A DNA stretch of 64,000 nt, from assembly GCA_963632935.1 (NCBI GenBank), contig CAVGWA010000005.1:610-64609 (forward strand), in the 5' to 3' direction. Both the position numbers and the translations under genes were made by a program. The notes below the pieces were generated by a model. It did not search any database and was not told the DNA's origin. It saw nothing but the letters and a program-made list of their open reading frames with translations. Origin of the DNA: Oscillospiraceae bacterium (GTDB lineage: Bacteria; Bacillota_I; Bacilli_A; RF39; UBA660). Below, piece by piece: positions 28,481 through 38,241 of the stretch (position 1 is its first letter; every line of letters begins with the position of its first letter).

Positions 28481-29494
28481 CTAGTTTACACTAGATTTAA
28501 ATAAATATTTAGCTGTTCTTACCATCTGCATTGAGTAACTCATTTCATTATCATACCAAGCAATAACTTTTACTAAATCACCATTTTCAGTTTCTAATAC
28601 ATCTGTAAGAAGTCCATCAACAACACCACCATGTGTATCACCAATAATATCGCTTGATACAATTGGATCTTCTGTGTAACCTAAGGTTTCATTTGAATTT
28701 TGTTTAAATGCATCATTGATTTGATCTTTAGTAACTTTACTATTTAGCTGTAGTGTTAAATCTATAACAGAACCTGTCGTTACTGGAACTCTTATAGCGT
28801 TTCCATCTAATTTACCATTTAAAGATGGAATTACTTTACCAATGGCACTTGCTGCACCGGTTGATGTCGGTATTATATTAGCAGCCGCTGCTCTTCCTCT
28901 TCTTGCTTGAATACCTTTTTTGTGGGCAACATCTAATACTGTCTGATCATTTGTATAAGCGTGCACTGTTGTCATGTAACCATTTTTTATTCCAAAGTCA
29001 TTGTTTAAAACATTTAAAACAGGAGCTAAACAATTAGTTGTACAAGATGCGGCACTAATTATTTGTTCAGTTCCATCTAAAATATTTTCATTAACTCCAT
29101 ACACTATTGTTTTTAAATCACCCTTGGCAGGAGCTGAAATAATTACTTTTTTAGCACCAGCGTTTATATGAGATATTGCTTTTTCTTTATCAGTAAATTT
29201 ACCAGTACATTCAAATACTGCATCTATATCTAACTGTTTCCATGGTAAGTTATTAGGGTCTATTTCAGAATATATTTTTATCTTTCTTCCTTTTACAATA
29301 ACACTATCTTCATCATAAGAAATTTCATTTGGTAAATATTTTCTATGTGATGTATCATATTTAAGTAAATACGCTAGTTGTTTAGGATCTGTTAGATCAT
29401 TTATGGCAACTATTTCAATATTCTCATCTTCTTCCATTATTCTAAATACTAATCTTCCTATACGTCCAAATCCGTTTATTGCTACTTTTATCAT
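28481..29494 (-). CDS. gap: Glyceraldehyde-3-phosphate dehydrogenase
   Basis: The start is set at ATG 29494 (MIKVAINGFGRIGR) with a GAGGAGG SD. Active site is SCTTNCLAP, and WYDNE is also present. Confidence 0.96.
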   Translation of the reverse strand: MIKVAINGFGRIGRLVFRIMEEDENIEIVAINDLTDPKQLAYLLKYDTSHRKYLPNEISYDEDSVIVKGRKIKIYSEIDPNNLPWKQLDIDAVFECTGKFTDKEKAISHINAGAKKVIISAPAKGDLKTIVYGVNENILDGTEQIISAASCTTNCLAPVLNVLNNDFGIKNGYMTTVHAYTNDQTVLDVAHKKGIQARRGRAAAANIIPTSTGAASAIGKVIPSLNGKLDGNAIRVPVTTGSVIDLTLQLNSKVTKDQINDAFKQNSNETLGYTEDPIVSSDIIGDTHGGVVDGLLTDVLETENGDLVKVIAWYDNEMSYSMQMVRTAKYLFKSSVN

Positions 29495-29495
29495 T

Positions 29496-31157
29496 TTATT
29501 CCTCCTCAAAAACACTTCCACCAATAAATTCTCTTAATATAGAATCTTTAGGTACAACTTCACTTGTTATTGGTAAAAAGTTTCTTAATAAATTTATTAA
29601 TCTAACTGCTTCAGGATACTGATCACTACTACTAATTATTCCATAAAGTAATGGTTCAGCATATATTCTAAGAACACTTAATTCATAACCTAATGATGAG
29701 TTTATCATAGCATCAGCATCATCTTGATATGGATAAATATTTAAACTGGCTTCTTTATCAACGTTTGGCCACATTGCTAATGTCGCTTCAGCATTTGTTC
29801 CTCTAAATAAATTATCTCTTACAATTCTTCTTAATTTTCTAACATCGGTTGTATGAACTCTATTGTGGTTATCTAATTTTAAATGTATTAAAGGACTCAT
29901 AAATATTTTAAATTTATTTTCTCTTGGTATTATTTGTGTTAACGCTTCATTTAATGTATGAATTCCTTCAATAATTAAAACTTCTCCTTTTTCTAACTTT
30001 AAAAAATCACCTTTAAATATTTTTTTACCTGATACAAAATCATAATATGGTAGTTCGGTTTTTTTACTATCCAAAAGATCTTTCAAATTTTCTTCAAATA
30101 ATTTTGTGTCGATTGAGTCCATACTAGAAAAATCTAAGTTACCGTTTTCATCTCTTTTTGCTTTATCACGATCAACAAAATAATTATCCAAAGATATTTT
30201 ATGCGATTTTATACCTTTTACACGTAGATATAGTCCTAATTTTTTTGCGGTTGTTGTTTTACCACTTGAAGAAGGACCTGCGAGTAAAATTAATTTTATT
30301 TTATCCTTGTTTTGAAAAATATCTTCAGCTATTTGTGATAATTGATCTTCATAGTGTGTTTCAAATAGTCTTACTACATCTGGATGTTTTCCTTTTGTAC
30401 ATATTTCATTTAATTGCGAAACAGTACTTATATTAATAATTCTCCCCCATTTTTGAAAATTTTTATATGTTTCAAATGTTAGTTTATGATGTATGTATTC
30501 ATCTACTTTATTTGGATTTTTTACTGAAGGATATGTTAGTATAAAACTATTTTCTTTTAAATATATTATTCCAAAATGTTCAAGTATTGATGTATCATAA
30601 ACTAATGGTCCATAAAAATAATCATATACTCCATCTAAAGAATATAATGTTATTGTTTTATTTGTCATATATTTTAAGCTATCTACTTTATCTAATTGAT
30701 TATGCGTTTTAAAATAATTTATTGCGGAAAAACGGTTTACGTTAATTTCAATGTATGGTATTTTTTTATTTACCATTTCATGCATTTTATTTTCAATCAA
30801 AGCAAGTATTTGTTTATTAATATCTTCACCTGTTATTTCACAATATATTCCATTTTCTAATGAATAGTTTATTAATATATCAGCATTTTGTCCTAGTATT
30901 TTATTTGTAGCAACAGTTACTAAAAATTCTAAACTTCTCGAATAAATTCTATTACCTATATTTGATGAAATGTCATAAAATTCTATATTTCCATCAGATA
31001 TTACTTCTTTATTCAAATCAACTAAAAATTGATTTAATTTAGCTCCGACTATTGGATACTTAAAATCATTTTTTACTTGTTTAGCTATTTCATAAAGTGT
31101 TTTTTTTCCTTTTATTTCAATGTTTTTATCTTTATATTTTAAGTTTATACTATTCAT
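29496..31157 (-). CDS. Uridine/nucleoside kinase-family P-loop protein with an N-terminal ThrRS-like (TGS-type) extension
   Basis: P-loop LLAGPSSSGKTTTAKKL in the C-terminal half. The N-terminal roughly 270 aa resembles the TGS/second-additional domains found on long uridine-kinase-like proteins of Firmicutes. Confidence 0.7.
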   Translation of the reverse strand: MNSINLKYKDKNIEIKGKKTLYEIAKQVKNDFKYPIVGAKLNQFLVDLNKEVISDGNIEFYDISSNIGNRIYSRSLEFLVTVATNKILGQNADILINYSLENGIYCEITGEDINKQILALIENKMHEMVNKKIPYIEINVNRFSAINYFKTHNQLDKVDSLKYMTNKTITLYSLDGVYDYFYGPLVYDTSILEHFGIIYLKENSFILTYPSVKNPNKVDEYIHHKLTFETYKNFQKWGRIINISTVSQLNEICTKGKHPDVVRLFETHYEDQLSQIAEDIFQNKDKIKLILLAGPSSSGKTTTAKKLGLYLRVKGIKSHKISLDNYFVDRDKAKRDENGNLDFSSMDSIDTKLFEENLKDLLDSKKTELPYYDFVSGKKIFKGDFLKLEKGEVLIIEGIHTLNEALTQIIPRENKFKIFMSPLIHLKLDNHNRVHTTDVRKLRRIVRDNLFRGTNAEATLAMWPNVDKEASLNIYPYQDDADAMINSSLGYELSVLRIYAEPLLYGIISSSDQYPEAVRLINLLRNFLPITSEVVPKDSILREFIGGSVFEEE

Positions 31158-31241
31158 TTAACTCACCCTTACTTTCATATTTTAGCTTAGCACATTTATC
31201 TAAATTTGTCATGTTTTTTATTGAATAATATTTTCTCTTTA

Positions 31242-31262
31242 CACCTATTATATTAATAGGTG
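31242..31262. promoter_or_regulatory. Perfect 9-3-9 palindrome covering the clpP ribosome-binding site
   Basis: CACCTATTA-TAT-TAATAGGTG at 31242-31262. The right arm contains the AGGTG SD, and the clpP ATG is at 31268. Confidence 0.35.
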
Positions 31263-31267
31263 ATGAT

Positions 31268-31837
31268 ATGAGTTTAATTCCAAGTGTTGTTGAAAAAAGT
31301 AGTGATGGTGAAAGAGTTTATGATATTTATTCAAGATTATTAAAAGACAGAATTATTATTTTATCTGGTGAAATTGATGATAATTTAGCTAATAGTATAG
31401 TTGCTCAAATGCTTTATTTAGATTCTGTTAATAATGATACTATTAATTTATATATTAATTCTCCTGGTGGTTCTATTACTGCAGGATTTGCCATTTATGA
31501 TACAATGAAGTACATTGAAAGTAAGGTTTCAACTATTTGTATTGGTATGGCAGCAAGTATGGGAGCATTTTTACTTTCTTCTGGTGAAAAAGGTATGAGA
31601 TATATATTACCTAACAGTGAAGTTATGATTCATCAGCCCTTAGGAGGTGTGAAAGGACAAGCTACAGAAATTAAAATTGCAGCTGAAAGAATATTAAAAT
31701 TAAAAGAAAAATTAAATAATATTTTAAGTAAAAATACTGGACAAGATATAAAAAAAATTCAGAGTGATACTGAAAGAGATTATTTTTTATGTGCATCTGA
31801 AGCACTAAAATATGGACTTATAGATAAAATTCTATAA
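31268..31837 (+). CDS. clpP: ATP-dependent Clp protease proteolytic subunit ClpP
   Basis: Motifs: [29 protein letters not shown] (Ser) and IHQPLGG (His). Confidence 0.96.
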   Translation: MSLIPSVVEKSSDGERVYDIYSRLLKDRIIILSGEIDDNLANSIVAQMLYLDSVNNDTINLYINSPGGSITAGFAIYDTMKYIESKVSTICIGMAASMGAFLLSSGEKGMRYILPNSEVMIHQPLGGVKGQATEIKIAAERILKLKEKLNNILSKNTGQDIKKIQSDTERDYFLCASEALKYGLIDKIL

Positions 31838-31839
31838 GT

Positions 31840-32496
31840 CTATTTAAATTTCACAAATTTCATGCCTAATTTTTTATAAACACTTGTGGCACGTGGAAGA
31901 TGAAATACTCTAGCAAATATTAAATTATAAAACTCATCAAATAAAATAATAAAGCATAAGATAAAACTAATAGATAAAAATACTTTTTTATTCATATGAT
32001 TAGCTAAATAAAAACAAAATGGCATAACAACATAAATCAAAAACAAGCTAGAAAGTCCAAAAAAAGTTACACTTCTTAAGCAAACAAAACCATCAATATT
32101 ACCAAAATTAAGTATTTCAGCATTATAGTTCCAACATCTCATTCCATGACCGATAATGTACATTCCAAGTCCTGAAAAATATTCTAAAATGCCACAAGAA
32201 ATTGCACTAACTAAAAAAACATAAAAAGGTTTATTTCTTAACTTATAAGTTAAAATAAATACCATAATAGCACCCGTCGCATAAATATTTATCCAAGGTA
32301 AAAAATTACCACCTCTCCAATAAAAAGTTTTCATTCCTCCATTGAAAAAATAAAAAATGAATTCATAAAGCCAACCAAAACAACCAGATATAACTATTAC
32401 TAAAGCAAATATTCCAAGTAATGTTATTCTGTCATAATCCATAATGTTGTCTAAATATTCTTTATATTTTTTTTTCATAAAACTAACTTCCTTCAT
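31840..32496 (-). CDS. Polytopic membrane protein (resembles the 'putative ABC-transporter type IV' / DUF1113 family)
   Basis: 218 aa with about 6 TM helices. The family call is by overall pattern only. Confidence 0.5.
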   Translation of the reverse strand: MKEVSFMKKKYKEYLDNIMDYDRITLLGIFALVIVISGCFGWLYEFIFYFFNGGMKTFYWRGGNFLPWINIYATGAIMVFILTYKLRNKPFYVFLVSAISCGILEYFSGLGMYIIGHGMRCWNYNAEILNFGNIDGFVCLRSVTFFGLSSLFLIYVVMPFCFYLANHMNKKVFLSISFILCFIILFDEFYNLIFARVFHLPRATSVYKKLGMKFVKFK

Positions 32497-32515
32497 TATA
32501 ATATTTTATATTTTT

Positions 32516-33085
32516 TTAATTTACGGATAAACAAGCGTGATCAATTGTACCGGTAATAAGCCTACTTACTTTATTAACAATTAATTCAGGATTTTCCTGC
32601 ATACCACTTTCTATCCAATTTAAAACTATTGAGGTAAATGAATATTTATAGAAATCTGCTATAAATTTTTTATCTTCTTGTTTTAAATTTTTTCCTTTAG
32701 ATTTTTCAATTATTTCGCTATATATTATTGGATAAACTAGGCTATATAAATTATTTCTTAATACTTCTGAAGAGACAGAGTGGTAGATGTTTTTTACAAA
32801 GATTTTTTCATCTTCCATTATTTTAAAAATAAGTAGAAATTTATCTTCCCATTTTTCACATTCATCTTCTATACTATCAAATTCATCTATACAGATCCAT
32901 TCTGTTAAATCTCTAATGTCTTTGAAATGATAATAAAATGTTTGTCTATTTATGTCACATTTACGAGCTATATCATTAATTGTAATTTTATTAAATGGTT
33001 TTTCTTTTAATAAATCTTTAAAAGTATATGCGATTGCTTTTTTTGTTGTTAAACTGCTCATTATATCACCTTTAACATTATACAT
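32516..33085 (-). CDS. TetR/AcrR-family transcriptional regulator
   Basis: N-terminal HTH FNKITINDIARKCDINRQTFYYHFKD. It lies directly downstream of the oleate hydratase gene. Confidence 0.85.
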   Translation of the reverse strand: MYNVKGDIMSSLTTKKAIAYTFKDLLKEKPFNKITINDIARKCDINRQTFYYHFKDIRDLTEWICIDEFDSIEDECEKWEDKFLLIFKIMEDEKIFVKNIYHSVSSEVLRNNLYSLVYPIIYSEIIEKSKGKNLKQEDKKFIADFYKYSFTSIVLNWIESGMQENPELIVNKVSRLITGTIDHACLSVN

Positions 33086-33113
33086 TAAAAAAAATATGAA
33101 AACAAATCATATT

Positions 33114-34904
33114 TTATTTAAATAAGCCACTTTCTTTAAATAATATTTCAAGGTCAGTTCCTTTAATTTTCTTTTCAAATATTTTTATAACTTGTTTTTC
33201 AGCAAATGATAGTGGCAGATTATTAATTGATTTTTTATCAACGGCATAATAACAAGCTTTTAAAAGTTCTCTTACATCATATTTACTGCCCCATACTTCA
33301 GGAACGGCTCTATCTATTTTTAGTAAGCTATAAACTGCTTCCATGCCTGTACGTATTGAATATTCTGTTGTAAATATTGTGTCCCTTGGAGTTTCTGCAA
33401 ATTGTCCTATGAATGCGAAATTAATTGATTCATTTGGTACTACAAGTGGCCTATCTTTTTCTTCACGTGGTTGAAAAAATGCATTTATGTATGGCATATA
33501 ACATGTTGTTGTATTACATCTATCTGCATATTTTTCAATTTCGTTTGTATTAATACCAATATGGTATAACCATTCTTCACATACTTCTTTTCCTGTGCAT
33601 GTTTTTATTTTTTTATTTACAAAATTACCATTTTTATTAGTGTTTAATGCATATACCCAAACTAAAATGCTGTTTTTATTTTGTGATTTGAATTGAGGCT
33701 GTCTATTAATTGTCCAAGATAAATACCAATTTTCTATACTATCTTTTACGGTTACAATTCCCCCTGTTGTAACTTTTCCTTCTTTTGGATCACGTTTACA
33801 AATATTTATGATGTGTTTAATTATATCATCTTCTGTTACCTCTATAGTCGCACTCATCCAATTAGTTAAGTTTTCATTACCGCAGAACTTGTCTGGATTA
33901 CCAAATTCACCATTATTAGCTTGCTTTGCTATATTTTTCCATAAATCCCATGATTCACCGTGTCCATTTTTTATGTCTGATAAATCAGGTGCATTGTTTT
34001 GATCTCCATAGCAAGATGTATCTGTGCAGCACCCATTTGTAATAAATACTAGATCATCTTCTGTTAAATTTATTTCTTTTTCTTGATTATTATTTTCATA
34101 TATAATTTTTTTTGCTAATTTTTTATTTTGTTTAGATTCAAATATAACGTTTTTAACATCTACTGCATATTCAATTTTTACACCGTTTTTTTCTAAATAT
34201 TTTGTGAGTGGTAAAATCATTGATTCATATTGATTATATTTCGTAAATCTTAGTGCTGAAAAATCAGGCAGTCCATCTATATGATGAACGTATCTACATA
34301 GATATCTTTTCATTTCTAGTGCAGATGACCATTTTTGAAATGCAAACATAGTTTGCCAATATAGCCAGAAATTTGTTTCCCAAAACGAATCTGGTAAAAC
34401 ATCTGATATTTTTTTGTTTTCTAAATCTTTCTCTGGCGTAATAAATAATTTAGAAAGTGCTAGTGCAGATTTTTTATCTAAATTAAATAATTTATCAGTA
34501 TGAGCATCTTCACCACAATTTATAGTTGCTCTACACAATGAATAATTTGGGTCGTGTTTATTAAGCCAATAATATTCATCTAATACAGATATATTTGGTG
34601 TTTCTATTGATGGGATACTTCTAAACATATCCCACATGCATTCAAAATGGTTATCCATCTCACGACCACCACGCATATAAAATCCTTTAGTAATATCTTT
34701 TCTTCCATCACATGAACCACCAGCTAAATCTAGTTTTTCTAGTAAATGAATATTTTCACCTTTCATTTGTCCATCTCTAACTAAATAAAATGCGGCTGAA
34801 AGTCCAGCTAAACCTGTACCAATTATATAAGCAGTTTTTTTATCTACTCCTTCTGGTTTTTCTGGTTTGGCAAAAGCCTCGTATGTTCCTGATCCATAAT
34901 ACAT
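33114..34904 (-). CDS. ohyA: Oleate hydratase (myosin-cross-reactive antigen family, FAD-dependent)
   Basis: 596 aa with FAD motif AYIIGTGLAGLSAAFYL, plus GGREM and the conserved C-terminal region FIGQFAE...TTEYSIRTGMEAVY. Confidence 0.92.
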   Translation of the reverse strand: MYYGSGTYEAFAKPEKPEGVDKKTAYIIGTGLAGLSAAFYLVRDGQMKGENIHLLEKLDLAGGSCDGRKDITKGFYMRGGREMDNHFECMWDMFRSIPSIETPNISVLDEYYWLNKHDPNYSLCRATINCGEDAHTDKLFNLDKKSALALSKLFITPEKDLENKKISDVLPDSFWETNFWLYWQTMFAFQKWSSALEMKRYLCRYVHHIDGLPDFSALRFTKYNQYESMILPLTKYLEKNGVKIEYAVDVKNVIFESKQNKKLAKKIIYENNNQEKEINLTEDDLVFITNGCCTDTSCYGDQNNAPDLSDIKNGHGESWDLWKNIAKQANNGEFGNPDKFCGNENLTNWMSATIEVTEDDIIKHIINICKRDPKEGKVTTGGIVTVKDSIENWYLSWTINRQPQFKSQNKNSILVWVYALNTNKNGNFVNKKIKTCTGKEVCEEWLYHIGINTNEIEKYADRCNTTTCYMPYINAFFQPREEKDRPLVVPNESINFAFIGQFAETPRDTIFTTEYSIRTGMEAVYSLLKIDRAVPEVWGSKYDVRELLKACYYAVDKKSINNLPLSFAEKQVIKIFEKKIKGTDLEILFKESGLFK

Positions 34905-35057
34905 ATATTATCCCTCCTTGTATGATCACTTAAGATTGTATTATTTTTAAAAATCTTGTTCAATAATCATTTTATCTAGTGTGTAAAAATAACAAGACAC
35001 TAAATTAAATTTGGAGTAATATCTATACATAAACAGTAAAATGTATATTAAATTTAA

Positions 35058-35543
35058 TTATAACAAATTAATCCAACTATTTATTTCATCTTCTGATGTA
35101 ACAAGTTTATCACTATAGCTTTTAAAAACTATATTCATTTCATTTTTAATATTTGAATTTGGACATAAATTTTCTATTTCTTTAAATGTTCCACCAAGCC
35201 ATCCAGCGTTAGTTGCATATGGAATTACTGTTTTTCCAGTTAAATTATTTTCTTTTAAAAACGTTCTAACTACTGGACAGATTGTGTACCACCAAACCGG
35301 TGTTCCAATTATAATTTCATCATAATCATTTAAATCAATATTTATATTTTGAATTTCTGCTGTTTTTTTACTACTTTCATTATTTTGTTCTTCATCTACT
35401 ACTGTTTGGTAATTATTGGAATATGGCTTGACTGGTTTCAATTCTAATATATCACAGTGCAATTTTCCTTTTATTTTTTCTGCTATTTTTCTTGTGTTTC
35501 CTGTATATGAAAAATGTATTATTAATTTTTTACTATTTTGCAT
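35058..35543 (-). CDS. Flavodoxin-family protein
   Basis: Motifs: IIHFSYTGNTRKIAEKI and IIIGTPVWWYT. It overlaps the upstream cupin gene by 11 nt. Confidence 0.8.
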   Translation of the reverse strand: MQNSKKLIIHFSYTGNTRKIAEKIKGKLHCDILELKPVKPYSNNYQTVVDEEQNNESSKKTAEIQNINIDLNDYDEIIIGTPVWWYTICPVVRTFLKENNLTGKTVIPYATNAGWLGGTFKEIENLCPNSNIKNEMNIVFKSYSDKLVTSEDEINSWINLL

Positions 35544-36024
35544 CTTTATCTTCTTTACTTTCTAATTTATTATATTCCTCATCAGTAACTTTTTCACACC
35601 ATTCATTTGATGTATTTTCTCCTGGCACTTCAACAGCCAAATGACTAAACCAACAATTTTTAGCTCCATGCCAATGTTTAATATTTGAAGGTATTTTTAC
35701 AACATCTCCTGGTTTCAGACTTTGTGCCTCTTTGCCTTCTTCTTGGTACCAGCCTTCTCCATCAACACAAATTAGAATTTGGCCTCCACCTTTAGTTGCA
35801 CGATGAATATGCCAATTATTTCTACAATTTGGTTCAAATGTTACATTTGTTATGGAAAAATTATCAGTTTGAGCTAGTAGTTTTAAATATGAATTTCCTA
35901 CAAAATATTGTGCGAATTTTATGTTAGGATTTCCCATTCCAAACACTCCTCCATGTTTTTCTTTTATATCATCTTTATAAATTTCTTTGGCTAAATTGTC
36001 TCTGCCAGCTGTTTGTTTTATCAT
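35533..36024 (-). CDS. Cupin-domain protein
   Basis: Cupin motifs NWHIH....GGQILICVDGEG and GDVVKIPSNIKHWHGA. Confidence 0.8.
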   Translation of the reverse strand: MIKQTAGRDNLAKEIYKDDIKEKHGGVFGMGNPNIKFAQYFVGNSYLKLLAQTDNFSITNVTFEPNCRNNWHIHRATKGGGQILICVDGEGWYQEEGKEAQSLKPGDVVKIPSNIKHWHGAKNCWFSHLAVEVPGENTSNEWCEKVTDEEYNKLESKEDKDAK

Positions 36025-36045
36025 TTTATATTTCCTTTCAAATTT

Positions 36046-36426
36046 TTAATTTTCTGTAAAATCTTTTCTTTTACCATCTATAATTTCATTATATAGTTTT
36101 ACTTTATAATCTAATCTTTCAAGTGTTTGATTAATATTATTTTGTTTTTCTATTAATTTATTTTTCTGCATTTCTAAAAGTTGTTTTCTTTTTTCTACGG
36201 TTTTTTTTCCTTTTTCAAGTAAAGCCATGTATTCTATTAAAATTTCAATTTCTACGCCTGCTGTTCTCATGCACTTTACAAATTCTATTTTTTTGCATGT
36301 TTGTTCATTATAATTTCTTATACTGTTTGAATTTCTTGGAACATTTGAAATTAATCCAATTTTTTCATAATATCTTAGTGTATCTGGAGATATATTATAT
36401 TTTTTACTTACTTCGGATATTGTCAT
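36046..36426 (-). CDS. MerR-family transcriptional regulator
   Basis: N-terminal HTH MTISEVSKKYNISPDTLRYYEKIGLI followed by a coiled-coil dimerisation helix. Confidence 0.9.
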   Translation of the reverse strand: MTISEVSKKYNISPDTLRYYEKIGLISNVPRNSNSIRNYNEQTCKKIEFVKCMRTAGVEIEILIEYMALLEKGKKTVEKRKQLLEMQKNKLIEKQNNINQTLERLDYKVKLYNEIIDGKRKDFTEN

Positions 36427-36440
36427 TGTTAGTCCTTTCT

Positions 36441-38201
36441 TTAAATCATTTTTCTTAAATCATCCACTATGTTTTCTTTAGTTATACCATTTTCTTTTAA
36501 TAATTTTTCAACATCATATCTATCGTAAAAAGCTTTTTTTATTCCATAATTTTTTATTTTTATATTACTTTTTCCATAAAATCTAGCTATTTTTTCGCCA
36601 AATCCTCCATCTAATATTCCATCTTCAAGTGTGATTACAATATCATGGCTTTCTTTTAATTTTTCAAGTAACTCTATATCTAATCCTGTTATATATCTTG
36701 GGTTTATTAGTGTCGCATTTATATTTAATTTATCAGATATTTCTTTTAGTATTTCTTCTGCTAATTGATAGAAATCACCTAGTGCGAGTAGTGCTATTTT
36801 TTCTCCTTGCTTTTCTACTTTGTATTTATTTAAATTACTATAGTCTTTTTCCACTTTTCTTTCATCTTTTATTACACCATTACAAGGAACACGAACAGCA
36901 ACTGGGTATTTATTTTGCTCGATACTCCAGTTTAGCATCGCAAAATATTCTTTTTTAGAAGTTGGTGCTAGATAAACCATATTAGGTATATTTGAAATTA
37001 GTGGTATATCAAATATTCCCAGATGAGTAACATCATTCATGCCATATACAGATGCTGTATTTATTATTATTGTTGCGGGGTTGTTATTTATACATAAGTC
37101 TTGTGATAGTTGGTCATATGTTCTTTGAATAAAACTAGAATGAGTAGCGAAAATAGGTTTACCACCATTTGCAGCAATTCCAGATGCCATTGCAATACCA
37201 TGTTCTTCGGCAATTCCTACATCTATAAATTGTTTTCCAGCAAGGGCTCTTTTTTCTTTTGTAAATCCAATATTTGATGGGACAGCTGCAACTATTGTAA
37301 CAACTTTTTCATCTTTTTTCATTTTTTCTAATAAAAAATCTGCAGTTAATGAAGCATAATTTTCTTTATTTAAATCAATTTTGATTTTTCCTGTTTCGAT
37401 ATCAAATGGCATAGTCCAATGCCATTTTTCTTTATTTCCTTCAGCTAGTTTGTAACCTTTTCCTTTTTTTGTATTTATATGAACTACTATTGGATGGTCT
37501 ATATCTTTTACAATTTTAAATATTTCTATAAGTTTTTCGATGTTGTTTCCTTCTTGTACATATATGTAATCTAATCCCATTGCTTTGAATAAATTACATT
37601 CACTTTTTCCATTTGTTTCTCTTAGTTCTTTTAAATTTTTATATAATCCCCCATGATTTTCTGCAATTGACATATCATTATCATTAACTATTATTATAAA
37701 ATTAGTCTTTTGTTCACCTGCAAAATCTAATCCTTCTAGTGCTTCTCCGCCACTTAAAGAACCGTCACCTATAACTGCAATTACATTATAATGTTCATTT
37801 TTTAAATCTCTTGCTTGAGCTAAACCTGAGGCTAAACTAATTGAAGTTGAAGTATGACCAATTCTAAAAAAGTCATGTTCACTTTCATTTTGGTCAGTAT
37901 AACCTGTAACATCATCATACTTTTCTTCATATATAAAAGCATCTTTTCTTCCTGTTAATATTTTGTGAGTATAGCTTTGGTGTGAGACATCAAATACTAT
38001 TTTATCTATTGGCGAGTTAAATACATAATGCATAGCAATAGTTGCCTCTACCATACCAAAATTTGGTCCAAAATGTCCTCCATGAATACTTAATTTTTTT
38101 AATAATACTTCCCTTATTTCTGAGCTTAATTTTTCTAAATTATCTTTCGATAAGTCTTTTAAATCTTCTGGCCCATTAATTTTATTTAATATTTCTAACA
38201 T
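36441..38201 (-). CDS. 1-deoxy-D-xylulose-5-phosphate synthase-like transketolase-family enzyme (586 aa, shorter than canonical DXS)
   Basis: Motifs: GGHFGPNFGMVEATIAMHYVF, DVSHQSYTHKILTGR, GHTSTSISLASG, and TPP motif GDGSLSGGEALEGL...NDND. It is the first gene of the MerR operon. Confidence 0.8.
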   Translation of the reverse strand: MLEILNKINGPEDLKDLSKDNLEKLSSEIREVLLKKLSIHGGHFGPNFGMVEATIAMHYVFNSPIDKIVFDVSHQSYTHKILTGRKDAFIYEEKYDDVTGYTDQNESEHDFFRIGHTSTSISLASGLAQARDLKNEHYNVIAVIGDGSLSGGEALEGLDFAGEQKTNFIIIVNDNDMSIAENHGGLYKNLKELRETNGKSECNLFKAMGLDYIYVQEGNNIEKLIEIFKIVKDIDHPIVVHINTKKGKGYKLAEGNKEKWHWTMPFDIETGKIKIDLNKENYASLTADFLLEKMKKDEKVVTIVAAVPSNIGFTKEKRALAGKQFIDVGIAEEHGIAMASGIAANGGKPIFATHSSFIQRTYDQLSQDLCINNNPATIIINTASVYGMNDVTHLGIFDIPLISNIPNMVYLAPTSKKEYFAMLNWSIEQNKYPVAVRVPCNGVIKDERKVEKDYSNLNKYKVEKQGEKIALLALGDFYQLAEEILKEISDKLNINATLINPRYITGLDIELLEKLKESHDIVITLEDGILDGGFGEKIARFYGKSNIKIKNYGIKKAFYDRYDVEKLLKENGITKENIVDDLRKMI

Positions 38202-38241
38202 TTTTATCCTCCTTTTTTAGGAAAATAAATTTCCCTCTTAT

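Noticed and set aside
31187-31193. TTAGCAC upstream of clpP, the first half of a CIRCE (HrcA) element.
   Set aside because: The required inverted partner (GAGTGCTAA about 9 nt downstream) is absent; the sequence continues ATTTATCTAAATTTGTCATG.
31195-31211. A possible CtsR operator (on the minus strand, TGACAAAtttAGATAAA) upstream of clpP.
   Set aside because: Only 5 of 7 and 4 of 7 positions match the GGTCAAA heptads, which is indistinguishable from chance in AT-rich DNA.
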